DNA of 51,237 bases, taken from the NCBI GenBank assembly GCA_018263355.1, contig JAANXH010000045.1, positions 1-51,237 on the forward strand, written 5' to 3'. Below are positions 36,930 through 46,318 of the stretch, piece by piece (the stretch's first letter is position 1; each line of letters begins with the position of its first letter). The translations under genes and the position numbers were made by a program. Source of the DNA: Candidatus Woesearchaeota archaeon (GTDB lineage Archaea; Nanobdellota; Nanobdellia; Woesearchaeales; JAGVZT01). Below the pieces are notes generated by a model, which did not search any database, was not told the origin of the DNA, and saw only the letters and a program-made list of their open reading frames with translations.

Positions 36930-37979
36930 ATGGTGGTTGGCTGGCTTGCAAAAACTTATTACAACAATACTGTTAAAGAATGGTTATATGCATTGTTGAT
37001 AATTTTTGGTGTGGCAATTATTGCAAAAATTTTTTATAAAATTATAGGAAGTATCTTAAAAAGACTAACAAGTAAGACAAAATCTAAAATTGATGATATT
37101 TTTATTGATATGCTTGAAGAACCTTTAGTATTTGCACTGATTCTAGGCGGAGCTTGGTTTGGATTAAATACATTAGTTTTATCTGATGCAATTAAAGCCC
37201 TCTTAGTTAAAGCATTTCACTTTTTGATTGCCATTGATATAGCTTGGTTATTGGCAAGATTATTTGAAGCTATATATGAGGAATATATTGTTCCTTTTGC
37301 AAAAAATACTGATACAGAATTAGATGACCAGATTTTACCTTTAATTAGGAAAGGAGTTAAGTCCATTATTTGGGCTTTGGGCATTGTCATTGCTTTGAAT
37401 AATGCAGGATATAATGTTGGAGCAATACTTGCTGGTCTAGGTATAGGTGGTATTGCACTTGCCATGGCAGCAAAGGATACAATCTCAAACATATTTGGAG
37501 GAATTGCCATATTTACTGACCAATTATTTTTGATAGGAGATAGAATAAAGATTTCTGGTATTGACGGAGTTGTTGAAGAGATTAGATTAAGGTCAACAAA
37601 AGTTAGGACAATGCAAGGCAGATTAACCACAATTCCAAACTCTGAGTTTATTTCGGCAGCTGTTGAAAATGTTAGTTCTGAACCTTCAAGAAAAGTTAAA
37701 GTAACACTTGGGGTCAGTTGTGATTTGAGTAAGAAAAAAATGCAAAAAGCAATGAAAATAGTTAATGATCTGCTTGAAAAAAATAAGAATGTTGTTAAAC
37801 ATTCTGTTGCATTTAATGGTTTTGGAGATTTTACTTTTGACATTTTTGTGATTTATTATATTAAAAAAGGTGCTGGGGTATTAGATACAAAAACACAAGT
37901 AAATCTTGAGATACTAAATCAATTTAATAAACACAAGATTGACATGCCTTATCCAACACAAGTAGTCAGAAAAGCATAA
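36930..37979 (+). CDS. mscS: Second MscS-family mechanosensitive channel
   Basis: GLGIGGIALAMAAKD, F.IGD.I, EEI.LRST and MPYPTQ. Confidence 0.93.
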   Translation: MVVGWLAKTYYNNTVKEWLYALLIIFGVAIIAKIFYKIIGSILKRLTSKTKSKIDDIFIDMLEEPLVFALILGGAWFGLNTLVLSDAIKALLVKAFHFLIAIDIAWLLARLFEAIYEEYIVPFAKNTDTELDDQILPLIRKGVKSIIWALGIVIALNNAGYNVGAILAGLGIGGIALAMAAKDTISNIFGGIAIFTDQLFLIGDRIKISGIDGVVEEIRLRSTKVRTMQGRLTTIPNSEFISAAVENVSSEPSRKVKVTLGVSCDLSKKKMQKAMKIVNDLLEKNKNVVKHSVAFNGFGDFTFDIFVIYYIKKGAGVLDTKTQVNLEILNQFNKHKIDMPYPTQVVRKA

Positions 37980-37983
37980 ATAT

Positions 37984-38898
37984 ATGCCTTTGGAGAATAA
38001 TGTGTCTAACAAAAAACTGGTCCAATATATTAAGGATACACTAAAAAAAGGGTTTAGCAAAGCAGATATAGAAAACGCGCTCTTACAGAGAGGTTATACT
38101 GAAGATACTATAAGACAAGCTTTTCTTCAAGTTAACTCTAGAAATACTAATTTTACAAAAACAAACAAAGCAGTCAAAAATAAACAGTACAAACCACCAA
38201 ATAAAAAAGCTAATAAATCTGTTAAAACTAACATACCAAATAAAAAATATGGTCTGCCGATTGCAGCATTTATTTTATCTTTGATTCCTGTTTTTTCGTT
38301 AATCGGATTAATCTTAGGAATTGTGAGTTTAGTTAAAATCAAGAAAAACCCTGCACTAAAGGGAAAGGGTTTTGCTATTGCTGCGATTGTGATAAGTTCA
38401 TTAGGTTTAATTTTCACTGCTTTAGTTTTTGGTTTAGGTCTTAGTTTTGTCAGAAATGTTTTCGGTCCTAGTTTACAAGAACCACACATGCTTGATATTG
38501 GTAAGCAAACATTAATTGAAAACCCACCAACACAAGACAAACCTTTCACTTTATCTAAAGCAGAATTATTTTTAATGTTAGGAGAAGAATTAACTATCAA
38601 TGCAGGTTTTTATAATAAATTTAATGAATCAGTTGAATCAAGTTTGGATATTCATAGTTGTTATACTAAAGGTAAAGATACTACAGACCAAATTAGTTTT
38701 ACAACAACACAATCTAAGGAAGTTGCAGCCAATGATACGGTGGCATTTCCAGCAATTATTACAGCTTCAAAAACAGCATCTTCTGCAATACATGCTTGTA
38801 CTTTAGTTATTACAGCAAAACCAATTGGTTCTCAAAATGAAGAAGAGAAATTTTATCAAGACATATTAATTACTATTAAATCCAATATCTCAGAATAA
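37984..38898 (+). CDS. DUF4190-like membrane protein with an extracellular domain
   Basis: N-terminal LVQYIK..L.KG helical domain and two TMs with KGKGFAIAA. Confidence 0.75.
   Translation: MPLENNVSNKKLVQYIKDTLKKGFSKADIENALLQRGYTEDTIRQAFLQVNSRNTNFTKTNKAVKNKQYKPPNKKANKSVKTNIPNKKYGLPIAAFILSLIPVFSLIGLILGIVSLVKIKKNPALKGKGFAIAAIVISSLGLIFTALVFGLGLSFVRNVFGPSLQEPHMLDIGKQTLIENPPTQDKPFTLSKAELFLMLGEELTINAGFYNKFNESVESSLDIHSCYTKGKDTTDQISFTTTQSKEVAANDTVAFPAIITASKTASSAIHACTLVITAKPIGSQNEEEKFYQDILITIKSNISE
38237..38384 (+). repeat. 148-bp direct repeat, copy 1 (copy 2 at 39204-39351)
   Basis: 146/148 identical, covering the TM module of the two paralogues. Confidence 0.9.
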
Positions 38899-38944
38899 AC
38901 AAACAGAAAATATTATATACTCTTATTTTTAAAAAATAATTACC

Positions 38945-39709
38945 GTGGCTGACCAACAGCTTGTTGAATACATTAAAAATACACTAAAGAAAGGGTTTAC
39001 TCAACCTGAAATAGAAAGAGTTCTTTTTGATAATGGTTATTCTAAAGATGATGTTAGCCAAGCTTTTTTAGAAGCATATAGTAACCAAAATTTAAATGCT
39101 GAAGAAAAACCAAAAAAACGAACAAGTAAAATACACACACAAGTACCAATTAAATCATCTAAGCAAAAAAACAAAAATAATTCTCACACGAAAAAAGTCA
39201 AGTCAAATAAAAAATATGGTCTGCCGATTGCAGCATTTGTTTTATCTTTGATTCCTGTTATTTCGTTAATCGGATTAATCTTAGGAATTGTGAGTTTAGT
39301 TAAAATCAAGAAAAACCCTGCACTAAAGGGAAAGGGTTTTGCTATTGCTGCCCTGATTATTAGTATTATCAATATTATTCTTATAATAGTGGGTGTATTA
39401 ATGGTTTTACCACTCTTTTTAGCAGCATCAAGAATGAGAAGTTTTGGAGGGAATTTTTCTTATTTAACAGAATCTAATCCTATTAGCGCAGATTCCTGTG
39501 CTTCTTTAGAAGGATTTTCTAAAGATATGTGTCTTATAAAAGCAGCAAAAGACCAAGGAGATGTGGGTATTTGTGATAGTCTATCTAACTCCCTACAGAA
39601 AAAAGATTGTATTCAAACTGTAGCTATTGAAACAAAAAATCCAGACCTTTGCAGTTTAATAGAAGATAGTGCTGCAAGTGAAAAATGTTTGAGTTATGTT
39701 ACTAGATAA
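38945..39709 (+). CDS. DUF4190-like membrane protein with Cys-repeat C-terminus
   Basis: Same N-terminal and TM modules as its neighbour; C-terminal D...C..L.....K..C repeats. Confidence 0.75.
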   Translation: MADQQLVEYIKNTLKKGFTQPEIERVLFDNGYSKDDVSQAFLEAYSNQNLNAEEKPKKRTSKIHTQVPIKSSKQKNKNNSHTKKVKSNKKYGLPIAAFVLSLIPVISLIGLILGIVSLVKIKKNPALKGKGFAIAALIISIINIILIIVGVLMVLPLFLAASRMRSFGGNFSYLTESNPISADSCASLEGFSKDMCLIKAAKDQGDVGICDSLSNSLQKKDCIQTVAIETKNPDLCSLIEDSAASEKCLSYVTR

Positions 39710-39757
39710 AATCATCTTATAAAACCAGTCTCATATCTTTAATCATTTTACAACAGA

Positions 39758-40120
39758 TTAACAATATTTTAGAGATTGACCAGCTTGATAAACATCAGTA
39801 AAGTCTTGTTCAGATTTTATAATCTTTGCAAATACTTGTGTTTGCCTATATGGTCTATTCCTTGTTTCAGGAAGATATCCCTCACTTGTTTCAACCAATT
39901 TTACTTTAAAGTCATTCTCTATTTGTTTTACTCTCTGAGTTAATATTGGACAGAAGTTTGTCTGACACTGTGCCCCATGATATTCTGCTATTGTTAAATC
40001 TGGGTTTTCATAAACAACTAAAAGTCCAGCCACTAAACGCCTGTCAAACTCCCTAAATTCTTCTGTTATTACTGGTTTTTTATTTGTCAGTTCTTTTAGA
40101 ATTTTTGATATATCTGACAT
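39758..40120 (-). CDS. Hypothetical protein
   Basis: 120-aa ORF with a TATA-like element upstream. Confidence 0.6.
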   Translation of the reverse strand: MSDISKILKELTNKKPVITEEFREFDRRLVAGLLVVYENPDLTIAEYHGAQCQTNFCPILTQRVKQIENDFKVKLVETSEGYLPETRNRPYRQTQVFAKIIKSEQDFTDVYQAGQSLKYC

Positions 40121-40173
40121 ATTAACATAAAAATACATTTAGTATTTAATATTTGTGTTGAATGACATTGTAA

Positions 40174-40280
40174 AGTTAAAGGGACAGGTGTCACCCCATA
40201 GGTACTTATAGCTATAATCTAGGAACAAAATGAAAGGGGAGTGAGTCTGTATGACTGGTGGTCGCCACGAGCATTTGACT
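40174..40280 (+). ncRNA. Candidate small structured RNA
   Basis: Nested stems AGTTAAA/TTTGACT, ACAGG/TCTGT, TCACCCC/GGGGAGTGA, TAGGT/ATCTA and GTGG/CCAC; G-U pairs favour the plus strand. Confidence 0.45.
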
Positions 40281-40349
40281 AATAAAAAAAGGCTTTTTAA
40301 GCAAAGTAATCGATAATTATAAAAATCAAACTACGTTATTATATATCAT

Positions 40350-40505
40350 GGGCTCGTGGTCTAGTGGCTACAACTTCGGTTGCCATAGATGATATCGCCT
40401 TGACGTGGCGGAGGTCCCCGGTTCAAAGCGATCTTTTTGGTAAAAAACTCGACCAAAAATTGGAGTTGCTATGCAACTCATTCGTTGAAAGTCCGGGCGG
40501 GCCCA
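40350..40505 (+). tRNA. tRNA-Val(GAC) with D-loop (40370-40388) and T-loop 59/60 (40428-40491) introns
   Basis: Acceptor GGGCTCG/CGGGCCC-A; GAC at 40402-40404; central helices GTGG/CCAT and TTCA/TGAA flanked by 3-nt bulges. Confidence 0.9.
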
Positions 40506-40510
40506 TTTTT

Positions 40511-41074
40511 TTACAGTTCTTGATAAATTTGTGCAAAGTGTTGTTTTAACTTATCTCTTTCAGGTTGAAAACGAATTGCATAACATGGATGGTACATTGA
40601 GTAAACTGTTGCACCATTGTATCTTGATACTGAACCTTTTTGTTTAGTTATTCTCTCTGGAAAGTTTCCAATTAGTTGATTAAAAATATAAAAAACTGGG
40701 GATCCCCATGTAATAATCAGATTAGGATTAAATTCTTCTATTGTCCCAAACAAGTATGTTTCCATACATCTTTCCAAGTCTGTTAATTGTGGAGTCGTGT
40801 TTGGAGTTTTTGTCAAACATTGAAGTCCATTAACAAATTTCATGTCATTAAATGAAAGTCCAACACTCTGTAAAAATTCAGAAAAATATATGCCTGTCAT
40901 TGATTTAGCAAATGGTTCTTGCCAATTTCCTTGCTCCTGTACTCTTTTATCTGCAAAATGACCTATAACTAGCAACTTTGTTAAGTCTGATCTTGCACCA
41001 CTATAACCTTCTCATCTTGTATTTGGTATTATCTTTGGACTCTGACACAAGCTGCATTCTTTGTATTTAAGCAT
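40511..41074 (-). pseudogene. Uracil-DNA glycosylase superfamily protein (family 4-like) with an in-frame TGA
   Basis: MLKYKECSLC...PNTR*EGYSG...LLVIG; later EPF, N...C, LIITWG and YHP; TGA at 41014-41012. Confidence 0.7.
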
Positions 41075-41159
41075 AATTTACGGAAAATCATTTACATATT
41101 TAATGCTTATTGGTTTGTCCGGCAAAATGTTTATTAATCTTTTGTTATTAAAAACTGGT

Positions 41160-41609
41160 ATGAAAACCTTAGTGGTGTATTATTCAAGAACAGGAAATAC
41201 AAGAAAAGCTGCTGAATCTATAGCTAAGCATCTTAATGCAGATATAGATGAGATTATTGATAAAAAAAATAGAACCAGAAAAATAATTGGATGGCTTATT
41301 GCAGGAAAGGACGCAAGCCAGAAAAAACTAACAGAGATTGAATATGAAAAGAATCCAGATGATTATGATCTTGTTATTATTGGTACTCCTGTATGGGCAT
41401 GGACAATGACTCCTGCTATTAGGACTTATTTAAGTAAAAATAAGTTCAAAAAAGTGGCTTTTTTCTGTACATCTGGTGGAAGTCCTGGCAAAGTATTAGA
41501 GCACATGAGAGAGCTATCAAAAAAACCTTTGGCTAAACTTAGTCTTGTTGGCAGGGAAATTGATGATTCTAACAAAAAAATCAGGAAATTTTGTACAAAA
41601 TTGCAATAA
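41160..41609 (+). CDS. Flavodoxin-family protein
   Basis: YYSRTGNT, IIGTPVW and AFFCTSGG. Confidence 0.9.
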   Translation: MKTLVVYYSRTGNTRKAAESIAKHLNADIDEIIDKKNRTRKIIGWLIAGKDASQKKLTEIEYEKNPDDYDLVIIGTPVWAWTMTPAIRTYLSKNKFKKVAFFCTSGGSPGKVLEHMRELSKKPLAKLSLVGREIDDSNKKIRKFCTKLQ

Positions 41610-41637
41610 ATTTATTTAGTTAAAATGATTTCTTATT

Positions 41638-41991
41638 AGGGTATATAATATACTTATAATAGATGACCGTTATTATGTATATGAAGGCACAAAAATTAAA
41701 TTCCAGGCTGTTAGTGATGAATTAAAACTCCTATACGCTGGAAACGAAGCTGTAGCCAGAGAATTACTTCAAGATAACGATATTTGCAGAGTTTTTTGTG
41801 ACACTAGATTTCGCAGAAAAAATATTGGACCAGATATTGCAAGAAGTATACAAGAAGATTATCCAGATTTAAAGATTATCGGAGTTTCTATGAATGAGGT
41901 GGAAGAATTATGGATGGGTTTTGAGTTTATGTATAAGACCATAATGCAAGATAATAACTATATTTCTGATTTGCTTTCTGAGCTACGGTAA
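41638..41991 (+). CDS. Response-regulator receiver (REC) domain protein lacking a canonical start codon
   Basis: Stop-free frame VYNILIIDD...VFCD...IIGVS...MYK; not present in the ORF track. Confidence 0.6.
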   Translation, partial: RVYNILIIDDRYYVYEGTKIKFQAVSDELKLLYAGNEAVARELLQDNDICRVFCDTRFRRKNIGPDIARSIQEDYPDLKIIGVSMNEVEELWMGFEFMYKTIMQDNNYISDLLSELR

Positions 41992-42033
41992 ATTATAACA
42001 ATTATTTTATAGTATTGTTTATTAGCTTATCAT

Positions 42034-43320
42034 ATGAAAAATGTTTTTATTGAGACTTATGGATGTTCTGCTAATCAGAATGATACAGAAATTATGGCTG
42101 GCCTTTTAAAAAAAGATGGTTTTAAATTAGTTGATTCTATAAAAGAAGCAAACATTATTGTTTTAAATACCTGTATTGTAAAGCAGCCAACATATCATAA
42201 GATGAATCATCTTATCCTAAAATACAAAGATGAGTTTCCATCAAAAAACCTGATTGTAGCTGGATGCATGCCACAGGTTATTGATTTAGATGTAAGTTGT
42301 GTTGGACCACACAATATTGAAAATATTGTTGATGCTGCAAAGTTAGTCATTAATGGGAAAGTTGCAAAGTTTACAGATAAAAAATACACTGAAAAAATCA
42401 ACCTGCCAAAGCACAACAAAAACCAGGTTATTGATATTATCCAGATTCTTGAAGGATGTAGTGGTAATTGTGCTTATTGTATTGTCAAGAATGTTAAACC
42501 TACTTTGATTAGTTTTTCAAAAAACAGGATTGTTGATGATGTAAGAAAAGCTTGTGAAAGAGGCTGCAGAGAAATTTGGATTACTTCGCAGGATAATGGT
42601 GCTTATGGGTTGGATAAACATGATGTTTCACAGCTTCCTGAATTGTTAAGAGAGATTATTAAAGTTGAGGGAGATTTTCTTGTCAGAGTTGGAATGATGA
42701 ATCCAAATAATATTTTACCAGTATTGGATGATCTGGTTGAGGTTTTCAAAAATAATAAGATTTTCAAGTTTGTTCATATTCCTGTGCAGTCAGGTAATGA
42801 TAATGTGCTAGAGAAAATGAAAAGAAAGTATAAAGTAAAGGATTTTAAGAATATTGTTGACAAGTTTAGACAACAAATTCCAGATATATCTATTAGTACA
42901 GACATTATATGTGGTTTTCCAGGTGAGACTGAAAAGCAATTTCAGGATAGTATTGAATTGATTAAAGATATTAAGCCTGATCATCTTAATATTTCTAAGT
43001 TTGGTGCAATGCCTGGTACTGCAGCTAAAGATATGAAACAACTAGATCCAAAGATTATTAATAATCGTTCTGCTAAACTAACCAAGATATTTCACAAAAT
43101 TGCCCTGGAAGAAAACAAAAAATGGATTGGCTGGAGGGGAAAGATTTTACTGGATGAAATCCGTAGAAAAGGAACTGTAATTGGCAGGAATTTTGCTTAT
43201 AAACAGGTAATTGTTCAGGGTGATGAGAATATTTTGGGTAGTTTTGTGAATGCAAAGATTGTTGATTGCACTGGTTTTTATTTGATTGCAGAAAAATCTT
43301 TTACCTGGATCATCCCATGA
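42034..43320 (+). CDS. MiaB-like tRNA methylthiotransferase (archaeal MtaB type)
   Basis: TYGCSAN, NTC, AGC, CSGNCAYC, DIICGFPGET and a TRAM domain. Confidence 0.93.
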   Translation: MKNVFIETYGCSANQNDTEIMAGLLKKDGFKLVDSIKEANIIVLNTCIVKQPTYHKMNHLILKYKDEFPSKNLIVAGCMPQVIDLDVSCVGPHNIENIVDAAKLVINGKVAKFTDKKYTEKINLPKHNKNQVIDIIQILEGCSGNCAYCIVKNVKPTLISFSKNRIVDDVRKACERGCREIWITSQDNGAYGLDKHDVSQLPELLREIIKVEGDFLVRVGMMNPNNILPVLDDLVEVFKNNKIFKFVHIPVQSGNDNVLEKMKRKYKVKDFKNIVDKFRQQIPDISISTDIICGFPGETEKQFQDSIELIKDIKPDHLNISKFGAMPGTAAKDMKQLDPKIINNRSAKLTKIFHKIALEENKKWIGWRGKILLDEIRRKGTVIGRNFAYKQVIVQGDENILGSFVNAKIVDCTGFYLIAEKSFTWIIP

Positions 43321-43898
43321 AATTTTCTAATGAGCTTCATGATATGGACTCACTTGTGGAGCATGTGCATAGTTTTGTAGAGAAGAAGAAATTAGATAAT
43401 TTTGATCTTGCTGGTTTTTCCCTTGGAGGGATTGTTGCGGTTAAGTATACCCATCTATATGGAGAAAAAGTTAAAAATCTTTTTGTGCTCAATTCCAGCC
43501 CAAGATTAGTTCGGAAAAATATGCAAAGGTTCATTAAGATTTTTAATCCAATTATAACATCTGCTTTATTTTGCAATTTATTTAGGTACTTTAACACAAA
43601 TAATCTAATTAGAAAAATATTTGGTATCCATAAATTATCAAACCAGAATGCTACAAAAAAATTTCCTAGAGCAATTTATGGTACTATGTTCAATGTGCTT
43701 TCAATTTCTCTTGTAGATGAATTCAATTCATTAAAAATACCAAAAACAATCGCTCTTTTCAAGGATGATACTGTTCTTAGATTTAAAAACCAGAAAGATT
43801 TAGTTCCGAGTCTTAATTCAAATGTCATTGTGTTTGATAAAGGCGGGCATATGACTAGACCAGAATATTTGGAGAATATTATAACAATTTTTAATTAA
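43266..43898 (+). CDS. Alpha/beta hydrolase, apparently N-terminally truncated
   Basis: GFSLGG nucleophile elbow, DD and GGH; no N-terminal HG motif; overlaps the end of the methylthiotransferase gene. Confidence 0.6.
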   Translation: MHWFLFDCRKIFYLDHPMKFSNELHDMDSLVEHVHSFVEKKKLDNFDLAGFSLGGIVAVKYTHLYGEKVKNLFVLNSSPRLVRKNMQRFIKIFNPIITSALFCNLFRYFNTNNLIRKIFGIHKLSNQNATKKFPRAIYGTMFNVLSISLVDEFNSLKIPKTIALFKDDTVLRFKNQKDLVPSLNSNVIVFDKGGHMTRPEYLENIITIFN

Positions 43899-44298
43899 AA
43901 TAAAAATCAAGCTCATCAGATCTTATGGTTACTGATTTTTTAGTTTCTTTCTCTGCTTTGTAATTTGGCTTTGCACTTATCTGATTTTCTGAATCCTTTT
44001 TTGTTTTCTGCTCTTTTTGGTTTTGTTTCTGATTTTTGTCAGAATTTCTTATATGTGGGTTAAGTTCTAAACCCTTTCTAAAATTAATATTGCCACAATC
44101 CATACATCTAAAATAAGGTCCCCATTTTCCTGCACAAACATCAAGCCATTCTCCGCACGCACATTTTGTGTTTTCTAACAGCTTATCTTTGTGTGCTGGA
44201 CAGACTGGAACAACTTGCTTATTCTTGATTGTAGCCTGCTTCTCGCAGAATGGACATTTGTTAATTTTTGATTTTCCATATTTCTTTGGAATATACAT
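43891..44298 (-). CDS. Multi-zinc-finger protein
   Basis: CPFC...C..H, CACG and GKWGPYFRCMDCG. Confidence 0.8.
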   Translation of the reverse strand: MYIPKKYGKSKINKCPFCEKQATIKNKQVVPVCPAHKDKLLENTKCACGEWLDVCAGKWGPYFRCMDCGNINFRKGLELNPHIRNSDKNQKQNQKEQKTKKDSENQISAKPNYKAEKETKKSVTIRSDELDFYFN

Positions 44299-44342
44299 AT
44301 ACCTTAGTGTTAAACTTGCATTCAAAAAGCTTTCTAATAAAA

Positions 44343-45203
44343 CTACTCAAACTCCTTAACAAATTTAATTAGCTCTTTTGCCTTTTCAAGTTCTAAAAAT
44401 TCTGGCTTTGTAACAGAAGGAATATCTTTGGGTTTTTTCTTTTTAAAAATTACTAGCTTATTTACTTCAAGTAACCTTGCCCAAGGCAATAGCTCAGGGC
44501 TTGTCTTGTCTCCAATTTCTGTCAGGATTATATCATTTTTTTTCTTTGCAATAACATTAAATGGAGCTCTTTTTGTATCTGTTGCTTTAAAACCTAAGTC
44601 AAGATATTTTTTCGAAATTGCAGATTTTGGATCTGATTCTGTTTCAAATGTGTCCAATATGTTAATATGCTCAAACACAGGATCTCCAAATATATCATAA
44701 AGTTTTAATGCTTTTTTTAATGTGATTTCTGATTTTTCTTTCTCATAATTAACAATCATCTTCCTGCTTACCCCTAGTTTTGTTGCCAGGGTGTTAATTG
44801 AGTAGCCTTGTTTTTGCCTTTTTTCTTTTAACTTTTTTCCGCATATACAGGCAGTGTAACCTGCTCTTGTACTCTTTATTATTGGAAGTTTCTTTTTGAT
44901 ACATCCCTTAAAAGTCTGAAAATTGATTGTATATATTCCATATCTGAGATACACAACATTGTCAACAAGCTTGTTTCCAGCTTTTTGCGCTATTACTAAA
45001 GGAACTCCGTTAATATAGCTGGCAATTTTTCTCATACCTGCTGCCCACTCTTTAGCCAAAGAGTTTGCATCTGATAAAACCTTAATTAAAAAAATAGTAT
45101 CTTTTCTAGCAAGAATATCAAAGCTTCCAACATTTAATACTTTTACTGTATAACCTTGTTTAAGCAAAAATACTGATATTTGTTCAGTTAGGTCCTTTTT
45201 CAT
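44343..45203 (-). CDS. Archaeal Cro/C1-type HTH regulator (COG1395-like)
   Basis: FDILAR...IKVL, VVY.RYG, central HTH (LA.KLGVSRK....YE) and APFN. Confidence 0.85.
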   Translation of the reverse strand: MKKDLTEQISVFLLKQGYTVKVLNVGSFDILARKDTIFLIKVLSDANSLAKEWAAGMRKIASYINGVPLVIAQKAGNKLVDNVVYLRYGIYTINFQTFKGCIKKKLPIIKSTRAGYTACICGKKLKEKRQKQGYSINTLATKLGVSRKMIVNYEKEKSEITLKKALKLYDIFGDPVFEHINILDTFETESDPKSAISKKYLDLGFKATDTKRAPFNVIAKKKNDIILTEIGDKTSPELLPWARLLEVNKLVIFKKKKPKDIPSVTKPEFLELEKAKELIKFVKEFE

Positions 45204-45270
45204 GCTATATTTACTATTTAGATTGTTTTAATTTAAAAATATATTGTAAAATAGGCAATCTTAAATATCG

Positions 45271-45426
45271 AGTGTTAGCTCCATTAGTGCCTGATTTGAG
45301 TGAAGGAGACAATCCTAGTCGTAAGAGTCAGTGGGGAACAGTTTGCCTTAATCAAATTAAACTCCACACAATATGAATGATGGTTTAGCAAACTGGCGAC
45401 TGAACCGGTATTATGGAGCTAACATT
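45271..45426 (+). ncRNA. Structured RNA motif B, copy 2
   Basis: Terminal stem TGTTAGCTCCAT/ATGGAGCTAACA; internal blocks shared with 36481-36628. Confidence 0.68.
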
Positions 45427-45567
45427 AGGTTGACTTTGCCTGTAAAATATGATGCTTTGCAAAAGCTGTATTTTTTACTCATTGGACATCTAGTAATTCT
45501 CATCTAACTGATTGATTTAACCGAAAATTATATATATCACAAATATTTACTTACTGGTGGTGGAGAC

Positions 45568-45810
45568 ATGGTTCTAACAGACATTTATACTATCTTTGAG
45601 CAGAGGAAACTTAAGATGCAGAATATGCTCAAAGGTAAGAATGGAGTTTCTTCTAGTAAAAAATTGGAATTAGAAGGTGCTTTAAATGAAATTGAGATGT
45701 TTTTAAGCACACTTGAATACTATAAAAATGTTCCAAAAAATGTACCTGAACCAGACCTTGAAACACCAATTGATGATAGATCATTCTTATCCAAATTATT
45801 CAAAAAATAA
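45568..45810 (+). CDS. Hypothetical protein
   Basis: TATA, GGTGGAG RBS and an 80-aa ORF. Confidence 0.7.
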   Translation: MVLTDIYTIFEQRKLKMQNMLKGKNGVSSSKKLELEGALNEIEMFLSTLEYYKNVPKNVPEPDLETPIDDRSFLSKLFKK

Positions 45811-45874
45811 ACTTTTGTTACAATTACAAAAATGTTATAAACAATAGAACTTAATTATTTGTAGAGGTATACAA

Positions 45875-46264
45875 ATGAAAGTCGATGTAAAACTGGATAG
45901 CATTAAAGTATCAAAGTTTTCTCCAAAAGATTTTTCTGTAGAAATTGAGACTGTTTTTTTTGATGATGATTATAGGAAATTTCACAAAACTGTTCATGTA
46001 AATGATTCAAATTTAGCAGAGAGTATAATAAAAGACATTAAGAATATGATAAACAATAGAAGTGTTGAGTTCAATGGTGAAGTTATTAAAGGTTATAGAG
46101 TACAGGTTGAGATTAAAGATAAAGAAGATGTTTTAAAGAAATTAGGTAAGTTTTTTTCTAAACTTAAGACAAGGGTTGCTAAGGTTAAGAATATTAAGCA
46201 AGCTGAAGGTTATATGGATGCTGTGAATAGAGTAAGGATTCTGAGTACAAAATTTAAAAAGTAG
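45875..46264 (+). CDS. Hypothetical protein
   Basis: GAGGT RBS and a 129-aa ORF. Confidence 0.72.
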   Translation: MKVDVKLDSIKVSKFSPKDFSVEIETVFFDDDYRKFHKTVHVNDSNLAESIIKDIKNMINNRSVEFNGEVIKGYRVQVEIKDKEDVLKKLGKFFSKLKTRVAKVKNIKQAEGYMDAVNRVRILSTKFKK

Positions 46265-46318
46265 TACTTCCTCATATAAAACATAAAATTTATATATGAC
46301 AATGTAATATAAAGCTTT

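Noticed and set aside
38237-39351. Diversity-generating retroelement TR/VR pair
   Set aside because: Only two mismatches, not adenine-specific in one direction; both copies are mid-gene and no reverse transcriptase is in the window.
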